Made by a program: the position numbers and the translations under genes. DNA of 64,000 nucleotides, from assembly GCA_023920165.1 (NCBI GenBank), contig CP089277.1, forward strand, positions 682,001 to 746,000, written 5' to 3'. This stretch comes from Curvularia clavata. Taxonomy: Eukaryota. Positions 12,409 to 24,743 of the stretch are shown here, in pieces. How positions within the stretch are numbered: position 1 is the stretch's first letter; each line of letters opens with the position of its first letter. The notes beneath the pieces were generated by a model. The model searched no databases and was not told where the DNA came from. It saw only the letters and a program-made list of their open reading frames with translations.

Positions 12409-14625
12409 TTACGCATCTCCTCGTACTTTGGAGCATGCCCAGCTTTGCTTCTCTTTGCTGTCTTTCTCGGAGAGTCCTGCCATCATTTCCATCCTGCATC
12501 GCAAGCGAAGCGCATTCATCCTAGCCTTCTTCATGGCCGAAGATGTGCGTACTGGTGCCGTGACTTCCCGTAAACCCACCCATGTCGCTTCGGGTAGCTG
12601 TCTTGCCAGGCGACCATTCAACTTCAATTGATTCAACTGCTCCTGAATCTTCTGCCTTGCACGTAGAATTTGCTCCGAAGCAATAGCAACGTTGTGCTGT
12701 GCGCGTTGGATATGTTGTTGAGCAATGGCGACGTTGATGTCCCGCACATGTATGCATGTTTGCATATGCTGTGCTGCGATCAATGAGACGTTCCTTAGAG
12801 CGTCTTGTGTATTGAAGAGACCCATTTTGGCACGATCCATGAACTGATCCAATACAGACTTGTTGTGACCCAGCATCACTTCAAAAGATTGTCGTAGAAG
12901 TGGCTTCGAGTGAGTCGCAATGCTGACGTTAAACTTATCAAACGGATATTCGTGCTCGAGGTCGACAATGTATTCTCCCGTCATAATCCGCTTGTAGCGG
13001 ATAGGAACCAGTTGCGACTGACGAGAAATCTGGATTTGCAGCTGTGATCTCTTACGTCTTGAAGCAAAAGCTTTCGAAGGGCGGAGTACAAATTGGTGAT
13101 CTCCAGTAGTATGTATCTCGAAGCTTCCGGTGCTTGCACATTTTGCCTTGGTCTTTGGGCCAGGCTGTTTCGCTGAAGCTGGTAAGACTGTGAGAGCTCG
13201 CATTGCTGTCGGTGCGGGCGAAGAGGAGGCAGATGATACCACTGATGAAGACATCGACGCAATAGGAGTAATGTCAGGATTAACATTCTCCACTTCAGGA
13301 AGTAATGATGACGCCGACACGCTTCGTGAAGCCTTCTGGAGTAGCATAGGGGCAAAGGCTGCGCCCTGGAACAGAGCAGGTATCAACACACACAGAACCA
13401 GCGCAGATATGAGCATCTTGGCCAGAGGCAACGGCACGCTAGCTTTCTTCATGAGAATATTTGTCTTGTTACCAATCCATGATGTGTGCACTTTCTTGTT
13501 CTCTTTTGTGTCTCGAGACATGAGGTGAGGGCTAATGTGAGCAAGGTGGCGATTGAGTTGCGATGGGTCGAGCCTGCTAAAGCCACGATGGTTCAAGGGC
13601 AGTACTGCTTTCAGCTCGTAGTCAGCGTTCGGGTCGTCGCGGCCCTCGACATGCACCTGCAAGGCTGTCGAATCTTGTACAAGCGATGCAGTACCGTGGG
13701 GAATGACCTGGGCCAGATCGATACATGGAATCTTCGCAGAGCCAAAGATCTTTCGGGCAAAGTCAATGGCCTCTCTTTCAGTGCTTGAATGTGGTTGTGT
13801 GCGATGACACATGACAACAAGGTCAGGTCGGTCAGCCGAGTCAGCGGCCGTGTTCTGTCTAAATTCGAGTTGATTACCGTTCTCTAGTTTGACCACGACA
13901 TGGGTTGGCTTCCCACGAGAGGTTACGACTTCAAGATGGATGCAACGAGAAACCTGTGGAACAGGTACGTACGGCTCGATCTGTCCGCGTACCATGACCG
14001 ATTTGGAGATGCTAGGATAAGCACCAAGAGCCATAGCAATCTGTGCAGTGGTAATGTCTTCTGCCCATCTTTCAGGCATGCCAATGTATAGTATCTTATA
14101 GGAATCTGGGGTGGGCAGGGGGTCTCTTGACAAGGCTGCCTTGACGGACAGTCTGACCTCGCCACAGCCATAACGGCTGAATACCTGTGGAAGCTCGTCG
14201 GTATAGTCGGTTGAGCTCTGAATGACATTACCTCCTTGGACAACCTTGTCATTGTCCGTTGGCTGCTCGTCTAGCGTGATGCGCCAGGAACTCTCACTCC
14301 CAGAGAGGTATGAGGGCACTTCGGTCAATGTGGAGTCTTCGCCCATGACTGTGGGGTGCATGCTGGCTTGCTGATCTGGGTGCTCGGCTTGCGAAGAATA
14401 AACGCTGTCGTGCAAGCCTCTGCCGCCCATCTCGTACTCGGCCTCATCGTCAGTGAAGTCGTCAGACGTGTCGTCGGGGGTGGGACCGTCGGTCGAGGCG
14501 ATTGATGCCGTGTGAGCTTCGTCGTCCGACACATCCATTACACCGTCGCCAAGCATATCATAGTTGCTGTCTTCAAGGGAGCTGGCCACGTCTTCGGGCT
14601 GCGGGCGTTGGGTGGACCGCATCAT
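12409..14625 (-). CDS. Hypothetical single-pass membrane protein with acidic N-terminus and C-terminal coiled coil
   Basis: Uninterrupted ORF of over 730 codons; likely ATG at 14625 (MMRSTQRPQPEDVASSLED). Central hydrophobic segment MLISALVLCVLIPALFQGAAF. Confidence 0.8.
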   Translation of the reverse strand: MMRSTQRPQPEDVASSLEDSNYDMLGDGVMDVSDDEAHTASIASTDGPTPDDTSDDFTDDEAEYEMGGRGLHDSVYSSQAEHPDQQASMHPTVMGEDSTLTEVPSYLSGSESSWRITLDEQPTDNDKVVQGGNVIQSSTDYTDELPQVFSRYGCGEVRLSVKAALSRDPLPTPDSYKILYIGMPERWAEDITTAQIAMALGAYPSISKSVMVRGQIEPYVPVPQVSRCIHLEVVTSRGKPTHVVVKLENGNQLEFRQNTAADSADRPDLVVMCHRTQPHSSTEREAIDFARKIFGSAKIPCIDLAQVIPHGTASLVQDSTALQVHVEGRDDPNADYELKAVLPLNHRGFSRLDPSQLNRHLAHISPHLMSRDTKENKKVHTSWIGNKTNILMKKASVPLPLAKMLISALVLCVLIPALFQGAAFAPMLLQKASRSVSASSLLPEVENVNPDITPIASMSSSVVSSASSSPAPTAMRALTVLPASAKQPGPKTKAKCASTGSFEIHTTGDHQFVLRPSKAFASRRKRSQLQIQISRQSQLVPIRYKRIMTGEYIVDLEHEYPFDKFNVSIATHSKPLLRQSFEVMLGHNKSVLDQFMDRAKMGLFNTQDALRNVSLIAAQHMQTCIHVRDINVAIAQQHIQRAQHNVAIASEQILRARQKIQEQLNQLKLNGRLARQLPEATWVGLREVTAPVRTSSAMKKARMNALRLRCRMEMMAGLSEKDSKEKQSWACSKVRGDA

Positions 14626-15441
14626 GAGCGTTTCGAGATCAAGTTGAGTAAGTGATCCGTCCACTCGCACGGGAGGGAACTTGAGATCTTGAGATGCGGG
14701 TGGTTCGCTGCAAGGCATGTCAGATTGGTATCATGTAGAAAACAGTGAGTGGAGAGATCTATAGTTGTGGGAGAAGGGAGCAGAAGGGAGGAAGCCAGAT
14801 GGAGGGGCAAGGGTGAGAGTGGCAGCAGGCACCTGGTCAACGCTGCCTAACTAGTTACCTACTGGCGAGACGCGTCTGGGTGCCTTGGGGCAGAGTGGGG
14901 CGGATGCGAACCAAGTAAGAGACGCCACGGGATTTGGCCGCTGTGAGGAATTCCCAGAGTTGCTCAGTTGGTGCAATCAAACTCAAGTGAGTCTCGAGAC
15001 AGATGCAGGCAATGGTGATGACACAGCACGGCTAGGGGGCCATGGTGAAGCGGGATGATGCCTACGGGGATACCCCGCATAGTAATCGATAGGGCCCCAA
15101 ACGCGGTTCACATGCTCAGCGAGAGTGGGGGCCAACACCAAACGCGCGACAGCGGAATAGTCATGGAATCCGCTTCGAGACAACATGGGCACTACTCATA
15201 CATTTGAAACGTGGTTCGTCTTCGTAAATACATGGCTTTGCCGCCAATGTGCAGCAATTGAGGCGCACAGACAACGCCCGCATAGTCCTGATGATCCTCT
15301 ACTGAAAGGCCGCCCGACCAACATGCAATACCAACACCTTACGCCTTACTGAAACCAGTAGTCAATGCTCATACGCCCACAAAATGCTTACGCGAGGTTG
15401 GTAGATGGGTGTGCAACAGGAAGAAACCATGGTCCTTGTGC

Positions 15442-17075
15442 TCAGGGCGACGCCCAGCCGCCGGCCACCTCGACCCATTCAGTCAGGCAAGACCCTTCTT
15501 TGCCTTCTACGTCGACAATGTCCGTATCACACCTACAACGGCATCCGACGCCATTTTCCTTGACCGGGTCTGGCGTCGCCCAGTACTTGTCTTCCTCAAT
15601 GCGCTCTTTCTCGTTCAGTGTCGTCATCTCCAGATACGGCTCTCTAGGGAGCTGTCGTGCGGGTGCGTTTGCAGGACAATGCTGGATAGTGGTATGCCGG
15701 TACCCAAAGTCACGGAAGTAGTGTATGTCCTCAGGACCAAGCAGCGCTCCCACGGCTAATGAGTGAATAGGTGCGTCTCCCCATCTCTCCATCCAGAAAC
15801 CACCGCTGCGGTCCATCAACTCGAAGAAGTCATTGTATTCTTTGCTGCGAAACCAGTTTAGGTTGGCAATCTCAAAATTACTCCAGAAGTGGCACATGTT
15901 GTACGATTCGCCCTCCATGTTTTCGGGGTGGATTTCGGGTAGAGCCTCGGAGTCGAACTCTGAGTCCATAATGTCTTGAGGGAAGAAAGCTTTCTTGGAC
16001 TTGGGCTCATTCTTCTGCCCATTCTCCTCCTCTGGCTTTGGTTTCTCGACAAACATTTCCCACATACCCTTGGAAGTGAGGTTGTTGTTTCGTTTGTAGG
16101 CTGATGCATATCTCCAGATATTGGGTACCGTCTCCCTCAGCTCTTTTACAGCAATGGTAAAGCCATACGTCTTTTTGTTTCGAATCATGTGGATGAATGG
16201 ATCGTATGTGATGTCGCAAAAGTACTTGATCTCCGGCTCGAGACGCCAATACCACTCGTATTTGGCAAGAAGTTCGTGTTGGTAGAATTTGCTATGCAAG
16301 GTCAGCCGAGCCTCGTTTTTTGTTGTTGTATAGTCTGCCAACATACCCTGAGTAAAACCGACACATGTGGTGATAGCTCTCCATGCCACCGTACATGATG
16401 GCCTTGTCTCCCTGTTTGGCGATGCCCTCCTTTGCGACATCTGGGTCAACCCAGTCTGGGAAGCCCCATTGCTCTGGCGGGATCTTGCCCCACTCCACTG
16501 GAGCGCTAACGTGGCTCAAGACCACCTCTCTAAATGTTTCGTTGAAGTCGCCGTCATTGAGGAAGACGTATGGATAGTGGAACCAGCGATTGAAATGTCT
16601 CTCAATCGACTTGATGGACTGTATGACACCCTCCAATTCCTTGTTTCTCGCTAGCACTACAAAGGCGGCGTTTGCTCGGGGTCCGTTGACCTGTGGCTCG
16701 AGGCAGCCTACGGCAAAAGGCTTGTCGTATTTTTCGCTAATCTTTCTACAGATTGTTAGCCAACCGCTTGGTGCCGCAGCGATGAGCATGATCGCACCTT
16801 ATTGACGGCGGGGTGCCCGCAGGCATGTTCATAATACCCTGAGAGTCTGGCGACCTCACGAAAAGAATTATGATTATGATTATTACAAGACATGGGAACA
16901 GGAGCACCAGGCCCAAGGGAATGGAAATGGACGAGGATCCCTTCAGTCGTATCCGGCGGCGGAAGAAGGATAGTCGGGGGGATGCTTTATCTGCGCGAAG
17001 CGGTAGGTCATCATATCTGTCGAGACTCGCTTTTGTGGATGGCAGCCTCTGCGTCAAGTCCTGCAGGAGACCCAT
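15442..17075 (-). CDS. GT15 alpha-1,2-mannosyltransferase (Kre2/Ktr family, Ktr5-like)
   Basis: Introns 16746-16797 and 16292-16346. Type II TM, ANAAFVVLARNKEL, YPYVFLND, SYHHMCRFYSG, WYWRLEP, YNMCHFWSNFEI, ERWGDAPIHS. Confidence 0.92.
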
Positions 17076-17695
17076 GACTGGAGGTTTGTGACAGCAGCGT
17101 TGGTAGAGCAAATGGTGACTGCCACTGGCAGTACTGTGTTGGGTGATGCCAGTCGTGGGCAGCCAAGTGTACGTTCTGGTACGGGCGGGTTTTGAGGTGA
17201 ATGAATGTAGGCGTTGTCGCGTGGCAGCTCCGAGCCGGCGTGCGATCTTGGATAGCAGTCAGGACTGGGCGCGAAGGTCTGTGGGTGGGAGGGTGGGTGG
17301 AGGGAGTCGAAAGGGGAAGCTAGGATTGTCGAATGTCAATTATTAACGGCTGGCGATTGCGTATGCGTTTCGAGAAGTACTAGTCGCCAGGGAACATATC
17401 GGTGGAGACGCGCCAAGCTCCCTAATGTAGAGCGCAGGTCGATAGTAGGTGCATCCGTCCAATGCAAGCCGCAGTTACGCCGGCTGGAACTTCTACGCCC
17501 TCGGCCAAAGGAACCGGCTCGATGCACAGCCTACTGCCAGGGTGTTGCAGAAGACCAGGCCAGCTCATGTCTAAGAGAGCCGCACGGAAAAAGCGCCGCT
17601 AAGCGACTCCTACATACACGTCCCTCGGGCCATGCGTCTCCTTCAGGCTCCGGCCTAGATTCCGCATCAGCAATCCTTCCACCGCTGGTCTCAAA

Positions 17696-18245
17696 ATGAG
17701 CTTCAAGGCGAAGGATCTCCAGTTTGGTGAGTGCAGCCCGAAGGAATTGGAACCGCCACTGACCACCTAGCGCAGACAGCTCTCAGCCAGCCTTTTTGCA
17801 ACGATTGCGTGGGCAGCTTCAAAGTGGAGACACCGCCCGTCATGAACATCCCATTGCCAGAAACAAAAGAATGGCCAAGGACGACGACGAGGACGACGCG
17901 CCGACCTACGTCTTGGAAGAAACTAACCAGTCATTGAGCAAAGAAGAGTATGATGCACTTGTCTCGGGCAAGGACGGCAAGGGCGAAACGGAGCCCGTAA
18001 TAGAAGAATCGGAGCAAAAAGCGGATAGAGAAGTTGATTTGAAACCAAAAGACAAGATTGCTGAAGTTGGCACAAATGCGAAGAAGCGCAAGGCCGCAAA
18101 GATCATTGGGGGCGACCAAGACGATGGTACAGGCGAAAACGAAGCGGAAAGGAACAATGAGAAGCCAGCCACCAAAACAGCCAAGAAGCCAAAAAAGAAA
18201 GCCAAAGCAGTCAAACTTACTTTTGGAGACGAAGACGAGGGATGA
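17696..18245 (+). CDS. Small charged protein, DUF4604-like
   Basis: Intron 17727-17775 gives MSFKAKDLQFDSSQPAFLQRLRGQ; ends KKKAKAVKLTFGDEDEG. This resembles DUF4604 from memory. Confidence 0.75.
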
Positions 18246-18887
18246 GACTCACCCTGTGCTTACAGGATCTCGTCCATTGAAATGCATGTTCCAGTAGGAA
18301 ACTTCGGTTCTCTATATTCTGGTTCAAACCCCTGGCTGCAAAAAGCAACAAAATAAGTCCTACTACATTAGCCTTGTACCTATAGGGCCGCAGTCCTGCT
18401 AGCGCGACCAAGAATGTCAACGTTAAGCCAACCATATCATGATAACGCAGAGACAACTTGGATCCCTCTATCCGTCTGAGATGGGAAGCTATGGAAAATG
18501 AGGTCAAGTAACTATGATTCAGACAATATATGTTACACGTTTTTCAAGCCGATACTGCATGTGTCGTCCTTTTTTTATAGTGTTCAGGTGCTTGCTGATC
18601 CTTCTCTTACTTTCCCTTATGCCTTTCCCTTGGCCCAGACAAAGAAAGCCTCAAAACACCTATTTTCGAGCTGGATCGACGGACTTGAACAAGCTATTCG
18701 GATTGACCAATCGCGTCAAGGATTTGTGGCTGGCAGGTTGGTGGAAAGATGCAGTTTCCGATCGGAAGCATGTCGGAACACTAAACAGGGGTATGCATTG
18801 AGCCTTGGTTTGCTCTCCGGGAGTCCGCATTCTCCAGATCTCCTTCACGCGGCGTTCTTTGTCCTTCACGCCAGCTCCTCCAAAACA

Positions 18888-19694
18888 ATGGCGCGCTTAT
18901 CGCTTGAGGTAATTCACTTGGTTACCTAAACAAACAAGCATCTCATTCACCAATTAGGATTTTGACCAACACATCGCGAACCTACGCGCCCAGCTGCTGT
19001 TTCTCAACGAGACTCTTGAGGCCACAGATCACAATGCTCCCGACTGGCTCGCGACAGACCTCATCTCACTGCGAAACAAATCGGGCAGATTGCAGGACGA
19101 CATGAAGAGATTCAGAGACCAGCTTGAAAGCGAAGGGTTAGCAGAAAAGAAGGTACGCGCACGCCAGCCACACTCAGGATAGGCACATTGCTTACTCGGC
19201 AGCAGACCAAAACTTCACATAAGCGACTAAGCCTTGAAGGCGCAAAATATGACTCCTCTACGCCCAAACCTCAGTCCCATACACCAAGTTCTCAAGCCAT
19301 ATCCCCTCTACCCGGTCAATCACCGACACCACGTGCAAAGTCGACCCAGGCAGAAGAAACACATTTAGTTCCACATGTCGACGTTACAGAAGAAGTCAAC
19401 AGACGGCTACAAGAGAGCCGCCTACGGCGCTTGATGCAGACTCCGAGCACTGCGCAGAAGCGAAAGTACGACGAGTACGAGGATGTGCCCAGGTCGGAAG
19501 GGTCAGCCGCGGCAGACGAAGAAGGGTTAAGAGGCCCATACAGCGGCGGCGAGTCTGAAAAAACACCAACGAAACGGCTAAGGAGTAGCGGGACGTTTGA
19601 ACATGCGGGGCAGAGACAAGATGATGGTCCTGTGAGGTACGATACAGAGCGCTTCGAAGACAGAACCGACGTGAAAAGGCGCAAGTTCCGGTGA
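18888..19694 (+). CDS. Hypothetical protein (N-terminal coiled coil, C-terminal NLS-like KRRK)
   Basis: Good start context ACAATGG; introns 18909-18957 and 19153-19205 keep frame into the 168-aa ORF. Confidence 0.7.
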
Positions 19695-20111
19695 TAATGC
19701 GCGGTATCTCTGGTAGCAGCATGCAATACACTTGCGTCGTGGACTCTGGATGCGCCCAGAGTGCGGCAACTGTCAGCGAAACAATCTTTGTCATACACCT
19801 CAAAGCTCGTTTCACAACTTGTGTTGGATAGAAAATTGATTATATTAAGACCATCAACTGGATTGCTGCTTAATACCGCGGGGCGGCGTGCATTCCATAT
19901 GCTCCCCAGCACCTCCGCTCTGGTGGGGAAGCTGCAGCCGAGCGGAAGCTAACCGCTCGGTCTTTGCATCATGGAACTTTTTGAAGTGGCATCCACCCGA
20001 CTTCTCGACTCAACCACCTAGAATCGCCAGAACAGACCCGACGCCGTACACTTATCTTGTTGCAACCCTGCTGTCTTGAGGTCAACTTGTGAACGCAGCC
20101 GTCCCATCGCA

Positions 20112-20645
20112 ATGGCGACTCCAACCCCCATGCCGCCAGAACAACGGCTGGCGTTAGAACAGCAACAACGCTATGAACGCATAACACGGAATCTGGCGAT
20201 CGGGGGGCTTGTAATGTGCCCAGTAATCGCGCTGCTCCCACCGCGAAAACTAGATCTCTACACCTTCTCCCTTGGAATCGGATTTTACCTGTCCGCCGAC
20301 CACCTTATCACCCTTCGCACCGGCCGGGGCCTCGTACAGAACCTTTCGCCTATGCGCACAATGGAGCTTCCCACAGAACGAGCGCGAGAGACACAAAGGA
20401 TATTACAGGAAGAGAGAGAGAAGGGCAGAAAGGCGCTGGAGAGAAAGGAGGGGCAGGAAAAGAGTGTCCTAGGGAAATTATGGATGGGAGACGAGGACGA
20501 GGGATGGAAAGAGAGGCGGCTTGAGGAAGAGAGGAAAGCGCTTGAAGAGGGACGGGGTTACGGCGATTTGATCATGGAGCAAATCTGGGACGTGTGGAAT
20601 TGGGATAAAAAGAAGGGAAAAGACAATGATGGCAAGAAAGAGTGA
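20112..20645 (+). CDS. Hypothetical small membrane protein
   Basis: Intronless 177-aa ORF with hydrophobic AIGGLVMCPVIALLPPRKLDLYTFSLG and a charged tail with LWMGDEDEGWKERR and IMEQIWDVWNW. Confidence 0.75.
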   Translation: MATPTPMPPEQRLALEQQQRYERITRNLAIGGLVMCPVIALLPPRKLDLYTFSLGIGFYLSADHLITLRTGRGLVQNLSPMRTMELPTERARETQRILQEEREKGRKALERKEGQEKSVLGKLWMGDEDEGWKERRLEEERKALEEGRGYGDLIMEQIWDVWNWDKKKGKDNDGKKE

Positions 20646-21306
20646 ATGTTGCGACTTGGTATTTACGAGTTACGACTGCATATGTATTATAGTGTAAATT
20701 ACGATGGGTGGTGCAATATTTTCCACTGCTGTGTGGGACAAGTCATTCCGTGTAGGAGTACTTAGTGTTGATTTGGGAAGTCATACTGAGTTGCTAGTAC
20801 AAGGCAACAAATTTCGCGCATTCACAATGCGCAATGCCCCAGGCAGCAACTTTGCGGGTTATTTTAAGCTACCATCATACGGATCCGGTGAACAAACAGT
20901 CGTCCAGGGGATCTGTGCACCACAAGAATGGCAAAGAGCAAGATGCACAACACCAAATGGCCAATACAAGCATACCATGCAAACAAAAACAATGCTTTGA
21001 ATATCAAGCACTGGCTGATTCACATTGCAAAGGTGTTTGCCCAATGGGTGTGAGTCACAACACAGGTACCCATTTGCTGATTCGTTTACCGGAACGCGGT
21101 CGACAAGTTTACCAAGCACTCTATAGCCATTTGTCTCAGCCATGACCAACAGGTTAACAGGTTAACACCTATATCTGGATGCTGATCACACGGCCTCCTA
21201 TATCCTGTGCAACATAACTCCTATCATCACAAGGCTCTAGGCCACGGTCGATCACGCTCTCTAACAACACATCCGATTCTACTGCGATAAGTAACGGCAT
21301 ATCACA

Positions 21307-22521
21307 ATGTCTCAGCCGAGTTTTTCATTCGGAACAGCCACTGAGGACGAGTTTCTCCCGCCCTTGGATCAAGAGCAGCTCTCACAAGCCGACTTTCAGG
21401 AGTTGTTCGGCTCTGGTATTCCGGAAGAGGATTTCTTCTCAGTGAGCACCGGGAATAGTTTCGACGGGAGTAGCCTCGAATATGACGATGTCTCAACAGC
21501 ACCTATTGACTCAGTGAGCTCTTCCGCCATATCGACGCCGAACTTCTCAAATTACAGTTTTGGCCAGAATTCGCCCGCGTATTCAAATCCAAGACTAGAC
21601 AAACCCCATACTCGCCCGTTTGAACCCCAGCGAGCCCATGAACAAAGCACGCCTCAACAGACTTTGAGCTATCGACCTCGCCACACCAGACAGTACACAA
21701 ATCATGTCCATCACTATGCAACTCCGCTGCCGCAGCCTGGTCTCCGCCGACGGTCACTCAGTCACAGCGACGTAGACCGGATTGCTACGTCTGCCCGCAT
21801 GCCGAACCCAACATTCGTCCGTCTCCAAGCGCCGCGTTGCCGAACGCCTACACACGAAGAACTTCGAAGAGGAGAGCTAAGTTCTCATTGTAGAAGCAAT
21901 TCTTTCGAGCCCCGAGGCAGATCAAAGCAGCCCACAAGCAGTCCATATTCGCTTCATTCAGGTCCTTTCATATGTGGCATGTTGCCGACTCCGATTGGAA
22001 CACCCTTGAACGAGGTGGAAGACAAGAACTCAGACATCAACACTCTTCATTATCATCACAACATGACTGCGACAGGTGTTGCTTTTCCACCGTTTTCTGG
22101 AGATCCTGTCTTTCGGCAGATGTCGCGTCCAGAGGAGCTTGCGAGGAGTAAGCAAATCATCGAGATTGGCGCCCTTGCTGTCACCAACCAAGCGAAAATC
22201 GATCCGAGGCTCGAACCATGCGACCCGATCCCGAACCGTGATCTCGTGTTAAAGAAATTGGTTGATATTGAAGAGCATGTGAAAAAGGCTGGGGGCGCCA
22301 AAGCACTCGACAGTTGCAAAACCATACGCAAGGTGTTGACCGGGAAGACACAGTGTGAAGGCGAGATGGACGCCGTAAGCGCAGTGTTGAATAATGATGT
22401 CGATGCATCAAAAAACGTCACTACCGAAACGTACTCTGAAATGTTTGATGGCCATGACGAGAACGAGATAATGGACACGTTGATGAAGCAGCATGCAACT
22501 AGGGATATCAGTGTTGTATAG
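21307..22521 (+). CDS. Hypothetical largely disordered protein
   Basis: Intronless 404-aa ORF with good start context CACAATGT; no domain recognised. Confidence 0.75.
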   Translation: MSQPSFSFGTATEDEFLPPLDQEQLSQADFQELFGSGIPEEDFFSVSTGNSFDGSSLEYDDVSTAPIDSVSSSAISTPNFSNYSFGQNSPAYSNPRLDKPHTRPFEPQRAHEQSTPQQTLSYRPRHTRQYTNHVHHYATPLPQPGLRRRSLSHSDVDRIATSARMPNPTFVRLQAPRCRTPTHEELRRGELSSHCRSNSFEPRGRSKQPTSSPYSLHSGPFICGMLPTPIGTPLNEVEDKNSDINTLHYHHNMTATGVAFPPFSGDPVFRQMSRPEELARSKQIIEIGALAVTNQAKIDPRLEPCDPIPNRDLVLKKLVDIEEHVKKAGGAKALDSCKTIRKVLTGKTQCEGEMDAVSAVLNNDVDASKNVTTETYSEMFDGHDENEIMDTLMKQHATRDISVV

Positions 22522-22899
22522 ATTGAAGATGGAAGTTGAAAGACTCGTTGCCCCAACAGTAAACGCATAGAGTCTTTTGCTTAGCGACAAGGTACATGAT
22601 GTGACTTCAGATACCTAGGTTTCATGTTAACATGATGTAGCGGGTTGGCGGCGTCAGGGGCAATGTTGGCATATTTACGACGATAGACAAAATGATTTTA
22701 CTTTCAAAAAAAAGTCCCCAGAGTCTACCGATAATATAGGCGTGAAGATGAACCCATATGTATCCCAAACACGCTAAGTCACGGCCTCACACATGATCCG
22801 CAGGATGCCGCCCCACCAACCACTGCTTGCCTTCAGCCACACATTCACCAACGTGTCAAGATAGTCCCATCTCACAACTCAATGTTCATACCTGCAGAG

Positions 22900-23958
22900 A
22901 TGATATCGCAACTAGGAACATTAGTTTCGGCGTTCGCATTATTTACATCAGCCATCGCAGAGGTCGCACCGGAAATCACCACTGTCGCAGAAGGCTACAA
23001 CGTGATTGCCAAGGTCCCGTGTGTCGGATGTCCATTCTTATACCAAGACACATCCAAAGGCAGCGATGAGCCATGGACACAAAGAGAAGATGCAAATGCC
23101 TTGGTACGATTGTCGTTATACCTTGCCTATCATTCATCCTGATGAACCTTACAGTTGTTGAACATCTCACTACCATACGACTCAGCACATCTTAGCATAA
23201 ACAACGCCGCATTATTAACAGGCACCAAGATCCTGCCTCGGATCTATGTCAACCAGGTTTTGGAAGATATATCCAAAGAAGACATTTCCTCGCTCGTTCT
23301 CTCCAACCAGCTCGACAATCTCGGAGGCAGCTACTTTGGCGCATCCTACTCGTACACCCTGGGTCGTGTCAAGGACTCAAATAAAGCACTACTCTTTCAG
23401 TTCGACATCGTGGAACTATGGGCTGATCTAACCTCTCCGCCTACGACAGTCATTCTGGACAGGAAAGAGCAAAAGATACTGGAGCTGGTGCTCATGCAGC
23501 GGCCCCTGCTCTCTCCAGGCGATCCAGCTGGCGCCTATGAGATCATCCGCGCCCACTTGATCGCGCGACCGCCAGCACTGGCTAAGAGTGCCAGAGGCCC
23601 TAAGAAAGTCACCATGTGGTTCCGTGACTGGGACGCCAATGGTAAGAAGGGTACCGCAACGCATATTGTCAATTCAGCTTCGCAGTCTTTCGCCGCATAT
23701 CTCAGCTCGGGCGTCTGGTCACTCTTCATCTTTGTGTTTGCTGTCATTGCACTGTTCGTTGTGGTGTGTCTGTTTGTTATCTTTGGGTGCGGATGGTGCA
23801 ATGAGAATGACTACGAGATTGCACAGCATGGTAAAAAGAGCAAACATAGCACGGCTGGAAAAGGCAGGGATATCGAGGCTGCAAGGAGGTTCTTGAGTCC
23901 CGAGGAACTAGGGTTGAGGGGAAGCGGGAAAGTTGTCGGGGTCGGAAAGAGTGATTGA
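22900..23958 (+). CDS. Type I membrane protein of unknown function (signal peptide, CxxC, C-terminal TM)
   Basis: Signal peptide MISQLGTLVSAFALFTSAIA (alternative ATG 22882), KVPCVGCPF, intron 23104-23154, TM VWSLFIFVFAVIALFVVVCLFVIFGC. Confidence 0.8.
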
Positions 23959-24743
23959 TGGAGCCAGCTGGTGTGTGCGTATATGGGGTACTGATCACAG
24001 CGCTTTTTTTCCTTGAATTCGAGAATCTCCGCCAAACAGCAACCCTCCTTGGATTTAATCCACATCGCAGTATATCTCTTGATGCAACGTAACCCTGGGG
24101 CGGGACTAGTGCATCTCTTGCTGAACCTCCACAGGGCCCAGTATCTCAAATCCTAGCGTCGATCACCCTAGGATCACCACTCTTGGCTCCTGTGCTGTGA
24201 TCACCAGCGACGATCTTCGGAGTCCCCCAAGCTCCAATCCAAATGACTCTAGCTATTAGCTGCACCCGTCACCACAAAGGAATGAACGTCGTTTTCACTG
24301 CTTCTTAGGATATACGACGTCATCCCGCCTCTACCCGCACACGGCCCACGTCATGTGTCCAACCAGCGCAGTACAACGCGCAAGCAACGCTTGTGGCGCC
24401 GTAGTTGCTTATTGCTGCGATTACACCTCATAGCAAAATGTTAGTCTGACGCGATGATGATTAGAGGGCTTTACTGAGGCTGGGCTGCGGCTAGAACCCC
24501 CATAGCATGTTTGTTGCCCAAGATCTGTCGGTTGTCACGGCGGCAAGTCGTCATAGCATGTGTATCAGTGTGGGAGTATGACAACATAGTCTGGGTTTGG
24601 GGGAGGAGTGATATAGAAGCTGGATAAGACCCTTTCTTTTGGAGAGTGTATATAGCAAGTGGGCAATACTACTGCTGCACTGTTTGCAAATCCTACTACT
24701 TTTATCTATCATCACTACTACCGTCGTCGGCTGAGTAGACAAG

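Noticed and set aside
18217..18801. Short hydrophobic ORFs between the DUF4604-like gene and the 18888 gene
   Set aside because: No recognisable family or coherent splice model.
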